Shown: positions 54,517-63,666 of the stretch, one piece after another | Position numbering within the stretch: position 1 is the stretch's first letter | Layout: each line of letters starts with the position of its first letter | Sequence record: NC_100371.1 | DNA length: 64,000 nucleotides | Source of the DNA: a phage | Reading direction: 5' to 3' (one strand) | The notes under the pieces: generated by a model | Told to the model about the DNA's origin: nothing | The model's input: the letters and a program-made list of their open reading frames with translations, nothing else | Databases searched by the model: none | Program-made: the position numbers and the translations under genes

Positions 54517-54738
54517 TTAGCAGTTACGTGGTTTGCAATGGTCCCCAGGAGTATTATCACCACGCACATTACAAGAAAAATTATCTCTGTCGTTGTTCGA
54601 TCCATTGTTATAAAATTCCTTAAGATCAGGCCTGAAAATAAAGCTTTCGTTATTGAATCCATCCCGCCAGGCGGCTGGCTTCAAATCTTCACTAAATGGA
54701 TTAATTAACGTGGCATTATTTAAACGGCTGGCCCACAT
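54517..54738 (-). CDS. hypothetical protein
   Basis: ATG at 54738 with GAGAGGAA RBS. Confidence 0.4.
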   Translation of the reverse strand: MWASRLNNATLINPFSEDLKPAAWRDGFNNESFIFRPDLKEFYNNGSNNDRDNFSCNVRGDNTPGDHCKPRNC

Positions 54739-55087
54739 ATTTTCTATTCCTCTCAAATAAGCGATCCGCCTCAGTTAAACAAATCTCATGGGCGTGATCT
54801 CTGGTTTTAGCTTCATCGAAAACCTGTTGTGCAAGGCTGCAACGTAGGGAGACTGGAAGATCACTATAATAGGCGTTGACAAACGTTTGAGCGTCGTACA
54901 GGTCTGAAAATACTTTACCCTTTCTATTATTCCCCTTGTCAACAATTGCAAGGATAACCAATACAATAGTTGCAACCACTCCCAGGAAGATAGATATAAT
55001 AAACCATAAAAAGGCGGATCTCCCCATCTTGCCAGCGATCCAGGCGTTAAACAAGGCAACCAATACAGCCAAAATAATAAATTCCAT
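54716..55087 (-). CDS. membrane protein (two predicted TM helices)
   Basis: ATG at 55087 with AAGAGGT RBS; hydrophobic N-terminal half. Confidence 0.45.
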   Translation of the reverse strand: MEFIILAVLVALFNAWIAGKMGRSAFLWFIISIFLGVVATIVLVILAIVDKGNNRKGKVFSDLYDAQTFVNAYYSDLPVSLRCSLAQQVFDEAKTRDHAHEICLTEADRLFERNRKYVGQPFK

Positions 55088-55151
55088 TCTATGTACCTCT
55101 TTTACAGTTCTGATTAACAATAAGGCGGCAAATATGCCGCCTGTTACCTGA

Positions 55152-55532
55152 TTAAAAATTATCGCCGTAAATCTTTCCGCTTTCTACCCATACCACCACG
55201 CGAGGCATACTATCCCACACGTCTTGTTTTAGATTGAGCGCGTGCAATTCTTCGGTGGTGCTCATACCGGGCACGGGCTGATTGTATACTGCAAAACGAC
55301 CGCCTGCATAATCATAGGCCAGGGTTAAATCACACTGGATCATCTTTTTGATCATGGCATTAAGCATGGCGTTAGCCGCGTACTGATCTCGTTTTAATGG
55401 CAACTCTTTAATCAGTTTGCGATAGTTTTCGATATGGTCGCACACTGTTTCACGCGGAAGATCTTTCATATCTTCACGGAATGTAACCAGGTTAAACATA
55501 ACGGTGTCAATAGCTTTAGTAGTGTTTTTCAT
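55152..55532 (-). CDS. hypothetical protein
   Basis: ATG at 55532 with AAGAGGAAAAC RBS. Confidence 0.45.
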   Translation of the reverse strand: MKNTTKAIDTVMFNLVTFREDMKDLPRETVCDHIENYRKLIKELPLKRDQYAANAMLNAMIKKMIQCDLTLAYDYAGGRFAVYNQPVPGMSTTEELHALNLKQDVWDSMPRVVVWVESGKIYGDNF

Positions 55533-55623
55533 GATGTTTTCCTCTTTGTTTTGTGGGAGGCAAGTCATCTCACCCCCTTGAGTTTTAAATATAGCAGGTT
55601 TTTAGATTATTGCAACACTTTAT

Positions 55624-56247
55624 TTATGAAAAACTCATCTCACCATATTCATCCACATCAAACCGCCAATCATTGGCTTCAATAAGGCCGATCAGGTTTT
55701 CGGTAGTAAACTGTTCAAGATAGGACTCCTCCAGGTCTACATAAACCTTGCGGGATAGCTCCCGTACCGTCTCGGTGATCAGCTCTTCCAGGTCTTCCAC
55801 TTTGTTTTCTTGTTTGGCGGTCAGATCTAGCCAGGTGGTATCAATGTATCCGCTTACAGTGTTTTCATGGCTGTAATGGCTGTACTTGTCGCGTTCAATA
55901 CTGGCTGATAACTCGCCATCGTGCATTGTGCCGAACAAGTGACGAATTGATCGGAACTTGGTCAGGGCCTTTACTTTACGCAAGAATTTTTCTAAATCCA
56001 CGTTTTCAGCACTGATTGACGCGCCGTCACCCTGGCACCAAAAGCCGGACCAATGTACTTCGGTATCTTCAAGGCCGTACTCTGGAAAAACTTGTTCTTT
56101 ATAATATTCAATTACACTTTCTGCGAAAAAATCCTCTCCGCTGTGTTCTTCTCTTTCGCGGACCATTTCAATAGCTTTTTCTTTTTGTTCGTCGGTCAGC
56201 ACGTTGAAAGATAAATTGCAACCTGTGGTAATGTTAACGGTGGTCAT
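55624..56247 (-). CDS. hypothetical protein
   Basis: 207 aa; AGGAGAAAA RBS. Confidence 0.5.
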   Translation of the reverse strand: MTTVNITTGCNLSFNVLTDEQKEKAIEMVREREEHSGEDFFAESVIEYYKEQVFPEYGLEDTEVHWSGFWCQGDGASISAENVDLEKFLRKVKALTKFRSIRHLFGTMHDGELSASIERDKYSHYSHENTVSGYIDTTWLDLTAKQENKVEDLEELITETVRELSRKVYVDLEESYLEQFTTENLIGLIEANDWRFDVDEYGEMSFS

Positions 56248-56321
56248 GATATTTTCTCCTATTTTCTTTGTTAGTGGCGGGAAGTTTTCCCGTTTACGTG
56301 TTTAAGTATACTTATCGAGAT

Positions 56322-56582
56322 TTACTTGTCAACACTATTTTTTAAATTATTGTGGCGCAAAATGTTTAAAATCTCTTCAACGTCATCAACACGGCGGCAA
56401 TTTTTAAACGCTACCAATTGCCCCATGATTTTAATCACTGGACGGCCTTGCCAGTGCCCCTGGAGAAAGCGCGCCTTGACTTTATCGGTGGAACTATCAC
56501 GCCACCAAATGGCCTTGTTGTTGCAGTAGTAAAAATTATTCAGGATAACATCAACTTTATCAAAATTTTTTAATTTACGCAT
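56322..56582 (-). CDS. hypothetical protein
   Basis: 86 aa; AAAGGAG RBS. Confidence 0.45.
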   Translation of the reverse strand: MRKLKNFDKVDVILNNFYYCNNKAIWWRDSSTDKVKARFLQGHWQGRPVIKIMGQLVAFKNCRRVDDVEEILNILRHNNLKNSVDK

Positions 56583-56784
56583 GGCGTTTACTCCTTTCTC
56601 TCTTTGATGTGGTTAGTATAGCTAACCTGTTTAAGATGTCAAGCTTTAAATAAAATCACTGCCAATAATATTTTTAACGCCATAAAACGGCCCTGGGCGA
56701 TGTTTTCAGGTTAAAGGGGCGATTGCATAGGTGGGGGCCTTTTTGGCGCTTACAGGGCCAACCAGGGGCGCTATTCGTAGAATA

Positions 56785-56814
56785 GAAATAAAAAGCCCCG
56801 CACAATGGCGGGGC
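56785..56814 (-). terminator. rho-independent terminator
   Basis: Minus strand GCCCCGC-loop-GCGGGGC hairpin followed by TTTTTATTT. Confidence 0.55.
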
Positions 56815-56822
56815 GTTGGTTG

Positions 56823-57020
56823 TTATTTGTCTTTATGGCGGTATCGTTCTGCCTGTCGTTCACGTTCCAAAAGTAGGCCAGGCAATTTACGATCATAATG
56901 ATTTCGCCAGATCTTTCCAAATCTTTTTGGCTTATTCAGTTTATTGTTACGCTGGCGGCGTTCCGGCAACTCTTCGGAATCATGAGATCGCTTTACAATC
57001 TTCTCAAAATTAATCTTCAT
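56823..57020 (-). CDS. small basic protein
   Basis: ATG at 57020 with AGGGGGGAA RBS. Confidence 0.4.
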   Translation of the reverse strand: MKINFEKIVKRSHDSEELPERRQRNNKLNKPKRFGKIWRNHYDRKLPGLLLERERQAERYRHKDK

Positions 57021-57363
57021 ATATTCCCCCCTTGCTAACTTCAATATTGGCCTGAATAGCCCGGATACGGCGCTTTATAACTTCCTGATCTGTGTGATCG
57101 TATCCCCAAAAGTCCACAATTTTTGCGCCCCCCGCCTCCAGGCGGTATAGTGTTTCCTGCATCTTGTAAGCCGGGATCGGTCGCGGTGTTACTTGGTCAC
57201 CTTCTTTATTTTTATACTTTATAATATAATCTTCGTTATCGTTGAATGCCCAAAATGGATATTCTGCAAGGGCGGTGCTTCCTCTTTCCTTTTTATCCTG
57301 GATCTTGTTTACAATTAAAGCCGTAGCAATAGCGCCAATAATAAAACTAGCCCCGCTGATCAT
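57010..57363 (-). CDS. membrane-anchored protein
   Basis: N-terminal TM segment; AAAGGAGAAAG RBS. Confidence 0.45.
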   Translation of the reverse strand: MISGASFIIGAIATALIVNKIQDKKERGSTALAEYPFWAFNDNEDYIIKYKNKEGDQVTPRPIPAYKMQETLYRLEAGGAKIVDFWGYDHTDQEVIKRRIRAIQANIEVSKGGIYED

Positions 57364-57437
57364 ATACTTTCTCCTTTCATGGTGTTAATAAATTATCTTT
57401 ATAGATGGCCCTGCAGCCAGGACCACCGAAAAAATAA

Positions 57438-57683
57438 CTATTTCACAATGCCCACAAAACAGATCCCGCCTTCCCCGACGTAGGCAATATCGGTCACTTT
57501 GTAGTCGGTTAAGATCTGTTTATTCAGATCATTAATAAAATCGGTCATTGCGTTGGTGTAGTTGTCTTCCATATCTAAGGCATAATCCCAGGTGTAGACC
57601 TTTTTACGTCCGAAGCCTTTTACCATGATACGGGCGCTTTTGGTGTTGGTAGGCGCATAATATTTGGTGATTAGTGCTGCCAT
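57438..57683 (-). CDS. hypothetical protein
   Basis: 81 aa; GAGGAG RBS. Confidence 0.45.
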   Translation of the reverse strand: MAALITKYYAPTNTKSARIMVKGFGRKKVYTWDYALDMEDNYTNAMTDFINDLNKQILTDYKVTDIAYVGEGGICFVGIVK

Positions 57684-57723
57684 GGTTTTAACTCCTCATT
57701 AGTTCAGTGTTAACAGTGTAAAG

Positions 57724-57768
57724 TTTACTTTATTGATGGCCCTGGAGTCAAGGCCATCTAAAAATAAA
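57724..57768. repeat. 45-bp repeat, copy 2 (promoter-like with hairpin)
   Basis: Identical to 53987-54031. Confidence 0.55.
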
Positions 57769-57769
57769 C

Positions 57770-58174
57770 TTAGTAAGTTTTCAGTACTTTACCGTCCAAC
57801 CTGTCAAGCTGGATCTCGATAGCTGCAGAAAACCTATTGTACACCACGTCGCCCATGGAATCCAACCAGTCTATGACGTTATACACCTGCTCTTTGTTCT
57901 TGCAGGTCCGGATCCGTTTCATGATGTAAGCCGGATCAATATTGGTACTTTCGTTGGTGTTCCCCTGTACCTGATTTGCCGTATTAGTTACATCTTTAAT
58001 GGCCTTTACCACCACCTGGAAGGGCTTTAAGGTGCCTTTTGCGTTCATCTCACGCGCTTTTGCGGCGCGGTTGTTATATGTTACACAACGGCGGCAAATG
58101 TTGATCAAATGCATGTCAATAATTTTTTCATCGTTTGCCAGTTCATTCATGATGCGGCGTACGTTCTTATTCAT
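57770..58174 (-). CDS. hypothetical protein
   Basis: 134 aa; AAGGAAAAAG RBS. Confidence 0.45.
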   Translation of the reverse strand: MNKNVRRIMNELANDEKIIDMHLINICRRCVTYNNRAAKAREMNAKGTLKPFQVVVKAIKDVTNTANQVQGNTNESTNIDPAYIMKRIRTCKNKEQVYNVIDWLDSMGDVVYNRFSAAIEIQLDRLDGKVLKTY

Positions 58175-58256
58175 GATCTTTTTCCTTTGTGTTGGCGGGA
58201 AACATTCCCGCCTTTTGTGATTAGTTTACTTGAATTTTGCAGCGTGTCAACAATTT

Positions 58257-58655
58257 TTATTCGTGGGCGCATGTTACAATGTGCTTTTTATAGCCCAGGT
58301 GGTTAGCAAGTGCCGACAAAAACTCTTCTTCATAGATCCAGCCGTTGGCAGTGATCCCCATAGCATTTAATGCGCTCTCAAGTGCTGCATTAGCTTTATC
58401 GTAACCGTGACCGCTCGCCTTCCCGCCAGTATAACCGTACTTATTGTTCTTGTTGTCGTGAATCCAAAAAACACAGTATTGAGTGTTCCCGCTGGCGGCG
58501 GCATAATACCGGATCTCAGCTACTTCGTGCAAATTATTGTCATCGTCCAGGCCCACCAGATTATAAGCCTTGTAAAATCCACGATCACGGCGGCAGTTCT
58601 TGACATCAGAAAAAGAAAAGTCCGCATTATCAAAATTAAAGGTAGTGGTTTTCAT
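58257..58655 (-). CDS. hypothetical protein
   Basis: 132 aa; AAGAGGATAAAATC RBS. Confidence 0.5.
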   Translation of the reverse strand: MKTTTFNFDNADFSFSDVKNCRRDRGFYKAYNLVGLDDDNNLHEVAEIRYYAAASGNTQYCVFWIHDNKNNKYGYTGGKASGHGYDKANAALESALNAMGITANGWIYEEEFLSALANHLGYKKHIVTCAHE

Positions 58656-58719
58656 GATTTTATCCTCTTAGTGTCTTTTGTGCTTTTAGTGTATTTGGTG
58701 TCAGACTGTATGTCAATAC

Positions 58720-58917
58720 TTATTTTTTATTAAACCAGTGGTTGATCTGGCCTTTTGTCAGGGCGCAACGATTAAGCTGTTGCCGGGTGTAGCTCTGACC
58801 GCGACGGAATTTATAAAGGCCTTGCCCGTTGTTGATGGTTACGTCCACCTGGCAAATCATTTGATCGGTGACGGCCTGGCGAGTGTTGCGACGTACTTTA
58901 ATTCCGTAGGCGTTCAT
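58720..58917 (-). CDS. hypothetical basic protein
   Basis: 65 aa; GAGAGGATAAAATC RBS, near-identical to the upstream gene's RBS context. Confidence 0.45.
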   Translation of the reverse strand: MNAYGIKVRRNTRQAVTDQMICQVDVTINNGQGLYKFRRGQSYTRQQLNRCALTKGQINHWFNKK

Positions 58918-59000
58918 GATTTTTATCCTCTCTGTTAATTAGTGTGGTGTTGTTCACCTTGCGAGGATAAGAATAACAGAACTATCCGAGCTGTCAACCA

Positions 59001-59162
59001 TTAGTTAGAATTATTTTTTGGGCAGAATTCTCCAGCCGCCGCCCCTGCCAGGTTAACCATCATTTTTTCGTACTCTTCTTTATGTTCCAACGCTCCCGCC
59101 ATAGCCTTTTCAACCAGGGCGATAGCCTCAGCGTCATTAATCGCTACATTTCCAGGGATCAT
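59001..59162 (-). CDS. hypothetical protein (53 aa)
   Basis: GAAGAGGAGG RBS region; not in the ORF track. Confidence 0.35.
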   Translation of the reverse strand: MIPGNVAINDAEAIALVEKAMAGALEHKEEYEKMMVNLAGAAAGEFCPKNNSN

Positions 59163-59271
59163 ATTACCTTTTATTTTTGTACCTCCTCTTCAGTTGTTGC
59201 CTACCCTATAGCATAGCCCCGCCAGGTTGCAACGGTTAGCGCATCAGGTTAGAATTTTTTTTTGAAAAGTG

Positions 59272-59540
59272 TTGACAGCGGCCCCGCCAGGTGGCACAAT
59301 ATACCTATCGAAAGGACGGCAGGCACCGGTGACGGGGGAGACAACCACCGGGGATGGGCGCTGCATAAAATGAGAACGGTTATCATTATCATTTAAAAAT
59401 TTATGCAAAAAATCCTTGCTTTCTTTGTCCTGTGTGATACTATAATAACAAGCCGGGGCAACAGGGGCCGGGAGACAATCACCGGGGGTGCCCGTTATTC
59501 TGCAAACGAGAATGATTATCATTCAAAATTCTAAATGAGA
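59272..59540 (+). ncRNA. candidate small RNA units (two tandem promoter plus GC-hairpin modules)
   Basis: TTGACA-N17-CACAAT at 59272-59300 and a TATAAT box near 59441, each followed by a GGCAGGCACC...GGTGCC-type hairpin and the shared tail GAGAA(C/T)G(G/A)TTATCATT; no ORF. Speculative. Confidence 0.25.
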
Positions 59541-59726
59541 CCTTTTCGCATTTCATAAATTTAGTTAGCATGCTAATTACCTACCGTGACAATTCTATAT
59601 AAAATAATACCTCCTTAAGTATTTCCATATACAAATTTTAAAAATCCATTTCCGAAAACGAAAAATCGATTTCGTCCCCAAAAATTTCAGGTCGAGCTCC
59701 GGAACGATTTCCAGAAAATCTGATTC

Positions 59727-59820
59727 AGAAAACGAAAAACAGATCGAGTACTAAGAAATTTATCGAGAAAAATTTTCAGAAAATTCAATCTTTGGAACGA
59801 AAAACAGATCGAGTACTGAG
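59727..59820. repeat. direct repeats AACGAAAAACAGATCGAGTACT(A/G)AG
   Basis: Copies at 59727-59754 and 59794-59820, with a partial copy at 59652-59677; TCCATTTT motifs recur at 59641-60090. Confidence 0.5.
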
Positions 59821-60128
59821 AGAGATGTATCAAAACCTACTGAGAATAATGGGTTTATTGTTATAAAGGGTCAAAGGTAAGCTGGGAAAGTTCTGGTAGA
59901 AGGGTGAGAGTATGTGCGGAAAATCTGGAATAGTAACTTAAAGTACGGTGCGAACGATAGAATGAGCAGCACATCTTATCGCGCCTGTCTTGAAAAATCC
60001 ATTTTAGTTTTCGATCCATTTTCTGATTTTCTAAGAATTTTAAAATATCCGGCCAGGTAAAATATCAAAAGGAGGAAGTCCATTTTAGAAATCCTCCTTA
60101 TACTTGATGTGCCAGGGATTTTCAAGTA

Positions 60129-60458
60129 TCAACTGTCTTTGTTTTTAGGCTTGTGCATACGTAGAGGTATGGTCTTTATAACATTCCATCTACCCAACCC
60201 CTCCCAGTTCCAATTGTGAGCGTGATACCCGGTTATGCATGCACTGCTGGCGTGATCATAAGCATAAGAGAACGCTATGCGAACCAGGTGGGGCCAGTCC
60301 CTCCACGGCTGTGGACCGTAAGCCTTTCTCCAACACCGACACAAACTAATTGTCTCAAGAATAGGTAGAATAACAAATCCATATACCGCCACCAAAATGG
60401 TCAGAGCAATGATTGTCAGGAATACATACCCTGCAGTTGAAATAATGATCTCTGTCAT
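60129..60458 (-). CDS. membrane protein
   Basis: Hydrophobic N-terminal region; AAGGGGATGACA RBS. Confidence 0.45.
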   Translation of the reverse strand: MTEIIISTAGYVFLTIIALTILVAVYGFVILPILETISLCRCWRKAYGPQPWRDWPHLVRIAFSYAYDHASSACITGYHAHNWNWEGLGRWNVIKTIPLRMHKPKNKDS

Positions 60459-60658
60459 TTGTCATCCCCTTTCTTACGGATATAGATGTGAGAGCCCGCT
60501 TGTACATAAATTTCCCGACCATCTTCTGCAAAGATGTGGAATACACGGTCGCCTTCGTATTCAATACGAGATATCTTCATAACGGTCTTCCCACCAGGGA
60601 TGCGGATCTCATCACCCACAGCAATGTTCCATGCAGATTTAAGCTTAAACATCTGCAC
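60455..60658 (-). CDS. hypothetical protein
   Basis: 67 aa; AAAGGAGGG RBS. Confidence 0.45.
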   Translation of the reverse strand: MQMFKLKSAWNIAVGDEIRIPGGKTVMKISRIEYEGDRVFHIFAEDGREIYVQAGSHIYIRKKGDDK

Positions 60659-60890
60659 CCTCCTTTGGGAGCTCTAACTCTGGCATAGCCATATACGCCA
60701 CAACAGGGTTGTAATCAAAGTAGAAATGACCGTTAATTATCCCAGTTTTGTGGGCATAGTCACCAGATCCTGCAAGAACAATCTCGCAAACTCCGAAATC
60801 CACCTTGCCATTCTCATCTGCCATGGCTACAATATACTTTCCTAGAGGCATGTTTTTAACGCCGTCTACAAATGTCCACCCTTTGTTCAT
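60645..60890 (-). CDS. hypothetical protein
   Basis: 81 aa; AGGAGATAAAGT RBS. Confidence 0.45.
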   Translation of the reverse strand: MNKGWTFVDGVKNMPLGKYIVAMADENGKVDFGVCEIVLAGSGDYAHKTGIINGHFYFDYNPVVAYMAMPELELPKEGADV

Positions 60891-60910
60891 ACTTTATCTC
60901 CTGCGTTTTA

Positions 60911-61243
60911 TTAAGGTAACCAGTAAACAATCTCACCTTTCAGCTTCATGTCGTTTCCAACATAAATTTCCCAGCCATCCATCTTAGCAACTGCAGGCCC
61001 AAAGTCATCAGCACCCCTTACTTCTTTCCAGGTCCCGTAGTCAGGCTGCCAGATATAGAAACCACCTTCCTTATCCCATGCACCTGCAACTACACCCAGC
61101 AGGCTACCCATTGCAACAATGGTGGGCCGTGGGAATAATACATCTACAGATGCGCCGCAATATCGGGTATCTTTTAAATTGCAATCCCAAAAGATGTCTG
61201 CCAGTGTGGCGGCGATAGCTTTACGTCTTTCTAATGTTACCAT
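60911..61243 (-). CDS. hypothetical protein
   Basis: 110 aa. Confidence 0.4.
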   Translation of the reverse strand: MVTLERRKAIAATLADIFWDCNLKDTRYCGASVDVLFPRPTIVAMGSLLGVVAGAWDKEGGFYIWQPDYGTWKEVRGADDFGPAVAKMDGWEIYVGNDMKLKGEIVYWLP

Positions 61244-61253
61244 AGTATAATAC

Positions 61254-61445
61254 TCACTTGTTGTTAAGAAGTTCTAAGACTTTCTGTTTTACTTTATCAA
61301 GATCTGTTGATTCAAAAACTGTGCGATATCCCCAACTTTGCCCATAGGAATGACTGCAATCACCGTAACACCATTGCTCAACCTGATAGTATTCAAGGAA
61401 TGGGTGCTGTCTAACTATGATACCGTCTCGATTAAAAATTACCAT
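61254..61445 (-). CDS. hypothetical protein
   Basis: 63 aa; GAGAGGGATAAATT RBS. Confidence 0.4.
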   Translation of the reverse strand: MVIFNRDGIIVRQHPFLEYYQVEQWCYGDCSHSYGQSWGYRTVFESTDLDKVKQKVLELLNNK

Positions 61446-61508
61446 AATTTATCCCTCTCTACTAGTTTATGTTTATATTATATACCGCAGTTTTCAGATG
61501 TCAACCTT

Positions 61509-61703
61509 TTACAGGTTACTCCAGTATACTCGGCATTTACACTTCGGGCAATGAGGTTCTTTTATGTAATAACCGTCAGTCTTTGGAACACTTTTTGGTG
61601 CAGTTTTAAGATTGTACCGAGTAAAGCAACGGAAGCAGGTTACCTCTCCTACCTGTTGATCGTTTATCCACTCGCCAGAGTAAAGCTCTTTCTTGTTTCT
61701 CAT
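61509..61703 (-). CDS. zinc-ribbon protein
   Basis: ATG at 61703 with GGGGAGATAATT RBS; CFRC...CPKC cysteine pairs. Confidence 0.4.
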   Translation of the reverse strand: MRNKKELYSGEWINDQQVGEVTCFRCFTRYNLKTAPKSVPKTDGYYIKEPHCPKCKCRVYWSNL

Positions 61704-61705
61704 AA

Positions 61706-61900
61706 TTATCTCCCCAAGCCTCTGCAATCTTCTACCAGAATCTCCAGCCAGAAAGCACACGGGAACACTTTGATGATTGAATCTTTACTCGGCTCGGAAG
61801 TTCTTTTTCCGTAGGGCAGGTAGAAATACCCTCCTGCAGATTCAAACATGGCTCCTTCTGTTGTATCTATCACAGCTAGAATTAAGATTTTAGTCTCCAT
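61706..61900 (-). CDS. hypothetical protein
   Basis: 64 aa; AGGGGAG RBS. Confidence 0.4.
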   Translation of the reverse strand: METKILILAVIDTTEGAMFESAGGYFYLPYGKRTSEPSKDSIIKVFPCAFWLEILVEDCRGLGR

Positions 61901-61954
61901 AGTGCTCCCCTGTCTTAATCGTTGTGGTGACTATACCACCTTAAAATATAGCTG

Positions 61955-62413
61955 TCAACACTCTTTGTACTCCACCACGATAATATCTATATCAAAAGTG
62001 GCAAGGTTAATAATGTCCTCTACATGTTCCCACTTCAAACCGCCTATGCCGCACCCGATCTTAGGGATGTAGAATGGTAAAATCGACCCCTCAAATACTT
62101 CATTGACTCGCTCAAATCCTTTCAGTATTGAGAAATATTCAGCATTAGGCCCTGGGTAGAACTGAGTATACAGATTTATTCCGTAGACAATACCTCTCGG
62201 AGATAAGTGCTCCCAGCGGGAGAACGCGCCCAGTTTACTTAGGCAACCGTGCATAGTCATTTTATCAGCTTCCAATGCTTGAGGGAACTCACGGGCAATC
62301 TGTTTTGCTACACCCTTACCCATTGTGTGGAAGCAGTTACAACCGTGGATCAGGTGACCAGCACCGCTCTTAAAAAGGGAGATTAAATCTCCCTCTACAG
62401 TATCAATAATCAC
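61955..62413 (-). CDS. macrodomain protein, TARG1/OARD1/DarG-like
   Basis: GDLISLF...HLIHGCNCFHTMGKGVAKQIAREFP...IPKIGCGIGGLKWEHVEDII parallels the TARG1 blocks GDLF...[21 protein letters not shown]...PRIGCGLDRLQWENVSAMI; GTG start at 62413 with GAGGAG RBS. Confidence 0.5.
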   Translation of the reverse strand: MIIDTVEGDLISLFKSGAGHLIHGCNCFHTMGKGVAKQIAREFPQALEADKMTMHGCLSKLGAFSRWEHLSPRGIVYGINLYTQFYPGPNAEYFSILKGFERVNEVFEGSILPFYIPKIGCGIGGLKWEHVEDIINLATFDIDIIVVEYKEC

Positions 62414-62828
62414 GATATTCCAGCTCCTCTTCCACAATTTCAAAAAACTCAGTCCAGCACTGTGGCATATTGGAGTTACCGAAGTGGCTTTCATAGTAAA
62501 GGTTTTTACCGCTCGGAAGATAGAAATCTGTTACCTCATAAAATCCACAATCGTCGCACTCTCCCTCTTCAAACTTGGCCTTAATCTTAATACCAAGGAA
62601 GGTGAAAAGTTTATGGATATCTTCGGTCTCGAACTCCCAACTAATGTTGTTTTCCGCATCGGTGTAAAACTGGATCAGTAGGCCATCATCCATTTTTCCA
62701 AAATATTCTGTGAAGTAGCTCCCTTCCCAGAAGTCTTTGTGACAAATAATATCCATGCGCTTGCCCATAATAAAGGTGTGGGCGTTTCGTGCATCGTCAC
62801 GAATCAGTTTTGGCATTTCATAAATCAT
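62403..62828 (-). CDS. hypothetical protein upstream of and overlapping the macrodomain gene
   Basis: 141 aa with a CDDC pair; GGAGAA RBS. Confidence 0.45.
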   Translation of the reverse strand: MIYEMPKLIRDDARNAHTFIMGKRMDIICHKDFWEGSYFTEYFGKMDDGLLIQFYTDAENNISWEFETEDIHKLFTFLGIKIKAKFEEGECDDCGFYEVTDFYLPSGKNLYYESHFGNSNMPQCWTEFFEIVEEELEYRDY

Positions 62829-62893
62829 CGTAGTTCTCCAGGATCAATAGGTGGTGCTACAGGAAGATCATAAAACATGGCGATCACATTCTC

Positions 62894-63091
62894 TTACGCA
62901 GGAATTGCTTCAAACAGGCCGTTATCGATACCATCTTTCAAGTAAAGATTATACTCTATGTCGGTATCTGTGTAAAGGGCAGCATCCAGCATTCTATCTG
63001 TGAGTCCATCCATTGGGTGGAGAAACCACCACCCACGCCAGTCAAAGTAACAACCTGGTGCATCTTCTCTCACACGGATTCGATAAATCAT
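62894..63091 (-). CDS. hypothetical protein
   Basis: 65 aa; AGGAGG RBS. Confidence 0.45.
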   Translation of the reverse strand: MIYRIRVREDAPGCYFDWRGWWFLHPMDGLTDRMLDAALYTDTDIEYNLYLKDGIDNGLFEAIPA

Positions 63092-63187
63092 GGGCAGTGG
63101 CCTCCTGTTAGTTACACATCCCAGTTTTCTTCGTTCATCACATCCTCCAGCTCTACAAGGTTATAATTGCACACCTTACAACCTGTG

Positions 63188-63604
63188 TCAACAGAAAACT
63201 TCAACAAATTCTTCCACAGTTTTAATGTCGTGGGAAAAAGGTTTACGGCTATAACGAGTAATAGCACTGTCAACCACCGCCCGGTACTCCAAATCTTCAG
63301 AATATTTCATGAAGCATTGCAATGTCTCTGGACAGATAGCCAGATAGCTCCACCACCCCTCTTCAGATTGGTAGTCAAATCCCATACTCTCTAGCCACGA
63401 AGCGTATACACCTGCACCTTCCAGCCAGTGAGTATTTTCATCAAGGAACTTGTTCACAGTCATGTGAGCTTCTAAGCATTTATCCAACTCTTTTCCGTTA
63501 ACCAGCCACGCACTGACAGTGGCGCATCCAAGGTCCACAGATTGGGTTGATAGATTGTATTGGTTATAGTTCTCAGGTTTAACAATGATATCTTCTAATG
63601 TCAT
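63188..63604 (-). CDS. hypothetical protein
   Basis: 138 aa; GAGAGGA RBS. Confidence 0.45.
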   Translation of the reverse strand: MTLEDIIVKPENYNQYNLSTQSVDLGCATVSAWLVNGKELDKCLEAHMTVNKFLDENTHWLEGAGVYASWLESMGFDYQSEEGWWSYLAICPETLQCFMKYSEDLEYRAVVDSAITRYSRKPFSHDIKTVEEFVEVFC

Positions 63605-63666
63605 TTTTCAGTCCTCTCTATACAAAAATGCCCCACCCTTTCGGGTAGGGCTATGTTAACTAGATG

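Noticed and set aside
59244-59522. Minus-strand 92-aa ORF (and the similar plus-strand ORF 50832-51155), both containing GTPGDCLP.
   Set aside because: The shared peptide is a translation of the repeated GC-rich hairpin element; low-complexity products without RBS. Treated as structured DNA or RNA instead.
59640-59830. Possible CRISPR array suggested by the direct repeats.
   Set aside because: Only two to three imperfect repeats with irregular spacing, no cas genes, and no spacer-like unique units of uniform length.
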